Shown here piece after piece: positions 62,439-64,000 of a stretch of DNA of 64,000 bases. Each line of letters opens with the position of its first letter. Within the stretch, counting starts at the first letter, position 1. The position numbers were made by a program, and so were the translations under genes. The DNA comes from Octopus sinensis (lineage: Eukaryota), in assembly GCF_006345805.1 (NCBI RefSeq), contig NC_043020.1:19468001-19532000 (forward strand), read 5' to 3'. The notes beneath the pieces are model-generated. The model was not told where the DNA came from. It worked only from the letters and a program-made list of their open reading frames with translations, and did no database searches.

Positions 62439-62946
62439 TGCCTTGTTTGAATTTGAAAACACTGAAAATGGGAGCATACCCTTTCGGCTTGTTATCGCTT
62501 CTGAAGATCTGTTCCAAACTAACAGTGCCAACAAACTCAAATATGCAAGAGAAAAATTTCTGCTCTCCCCTTTCCACCAGCGTGGGTTAAAATCAGCAAA
62601 CACTATGCTTTTTTCGGTAAAATCCGAGACAATTAAGTAGAGAGAGATGAATTATAATTTCAACAATTGAGGGTAAAATTAATTAATTAATTAATCAATT
62701 TCACCAAGTATTCAGTATGCAAAGGGACCATTTAAGGCAAATTCAAATTATTACATTATATGCTGATTTACAATTATTACATTATTTGCTGATTTTAACC
62801 CACGCTGGTGGAAAGGGGAGAGCAGAAATTTTTCTCTTGCATATTTGAGTTTGTTGGCACTGTTAGTTTGGAACAGATCTTCAGAAGCGATAACAAGCCG
62901 AAAGGGTATGCTCCCATTTTCAGTGTTTTCAATTCAAACAAGGGCA

Positions 62947-63004
62947 TTCTGAGCTGATGAGAGAAGGGTCGATGTTGACTAATCTTGAAACGTACGTACT
63001 CAAA
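62947..63004 (+). ncRNA. Hammerhead ribozyme in the inverted terminal unit
   Basis: CTGATGA 62954-62960, GAAA 62987-62990, CGTACGT-A 62991-62998, helix I TGAG/CTCA; one loop-2 substitution. Confidence 0.8.
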
Positions 63005-63181
63005 TAACCTTTGCATTTGATTTTTTAATGTCTCTACCCTCATACTTTCTTGAGTTGAATTGAGCAAACACTATATGAGAGAGGTTTCTTTAAGTGTTAG
63101 AAATAGTTTTATAAAAAGTTTTTTAGCTGCTATTTCTAACGAGTTCAGTATGCGGCAAAGTAATTTATTTACTAAGCCCTT

Positions 63182-63223
<42 letters not shown>

Positions 63224-64000
63224 GCAAGTGTCTTGGGCAAGTGTCTTCTGTCTTCTACTATAGCCCGGGCCGACCAATGCCTTGTGAGTGGATTTGGTAG
63301 ACGGAAACTGAAAGACCTGTCGTAATATTATATATATATAATATAATATATATATGTGTGTGTGTGTGTGTGTCTGTCTGTCTTTGTCCCCCTAGCATTG
63401 CTGGTGTGTTTACGTGCCCGTCACATAGCGGTTCGGCAAAAGAGACCGCTAGAATAAGTACTGGGCTTACAAAGAATAAGTCCCGGGGTCGATTTGCTCG
63501 ACTAAAGGCGGTGCTCCAGCATGGCCGCAGTCAAATGATTGAAACAAGTAAAAGAGTAAAGAGTGAAGAGTATATATATATATATATATTGTGAAGACCT
63601 CAACTTTCTGAGATCATTTCTTAGATATTTACTAACATTGCCAAGTCCACCATGGATTACAGGTATATGTAAATGTGAACACTTTCTAGAGTATGCTCGG
63701 TATTTAGAAGAATTATTTTTTACCACAATGACGCCAAGTGGTCATCTGATTTCACAACGTTTTTTTTTTTATTTTCGAGTCCCATTTAATATCAAGTTAG
63801 ATGTGGGTTTTTTGTTTGTTTGTTTGTTTTTTGTTTTTTTTTTGCTTGTTTCCTTTTTTATTTTTAGATTCAATCAAAACTCTGCATGTCGATCATGTAT
63901 TTAGAAAAGATAACAGGTATGTGAGCATCAATGCACTAATCTTCATCTTCTACCTTCTACCTCTTGCATCTAACTAACGCCTGTTATCCTCTGCTACCAC

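Larger units (their letters stand above)
60407..63187 (-). mobile_element. Tandem array (~562-bp unit, 4.2 copies) plus inverted partial unit; Penelope-pLTR/retrozyme-like; inserted in (TA)n
   Basis: Unit starts at 60407, 60966, 61528, 62092, 62656; inversion ~62785-63187; (TA)n on both flanks. Confidence 0.85.

Noticed and set aside
60407-62760. CRISPR-like or ordinary satellite interpretation of the array
   Set aside because: Eukaryotic DNA, whole ~562-bp units repeated without unique spacers, and related dispersed copies exist
60631-63067. Repeated 65-110 aa ORFs (MLNSTQESMRVETLK...) in the tandem array
   Set aside because: The frames shift between copies and no domain is recognisable; the conserved feature is the RNA structure on the opposite strand

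Overview
AT-rich, microsatellite-dense animal genomic DNA. It is very probably octopus or another coleoid cephalopod (inferred from the SINE families and repeat style, not proven). Reading splice sites by hand gives two multi-exon + strand coiled-coil genes. Gene 1 (3' part only) has exons between 2916 and 21381. Gene 2 has exons between 36205 and 52932, and its N-terminus resembles CEP63/DEUP1. The two genes share exon sizes and phases (105/125/136 vs 105/125/139 nt), peptide similarity and a 17-nt identical acceptor, so they are tandem paralogs. Gene 2 has three paralogous 96-nt exons, and two partial exon+intron copies sit at SINEs in its introns. The rest is decayed transposons (R4/Dong-type, RTE, CR1/L2 and Tx1 LINEs, many Penelope-like fragments, Tc1, mariner, hAT, a Helitron, four SINE-like families), with one 100-N gap at 53066-53165. 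The most striking non-coding signal is a set of minimal type I hammerhead ribozymes with palindromic helix III. These include a ~562-bp unit tandem array with a fold-back end (60.4-63.2 kb, five hammerheads) and a related 600-bp unit fold-back element (15.7-16.9 kb, two hammerheads). Both look like Penelope-pLTR/retrozyme-like non-coding elements.
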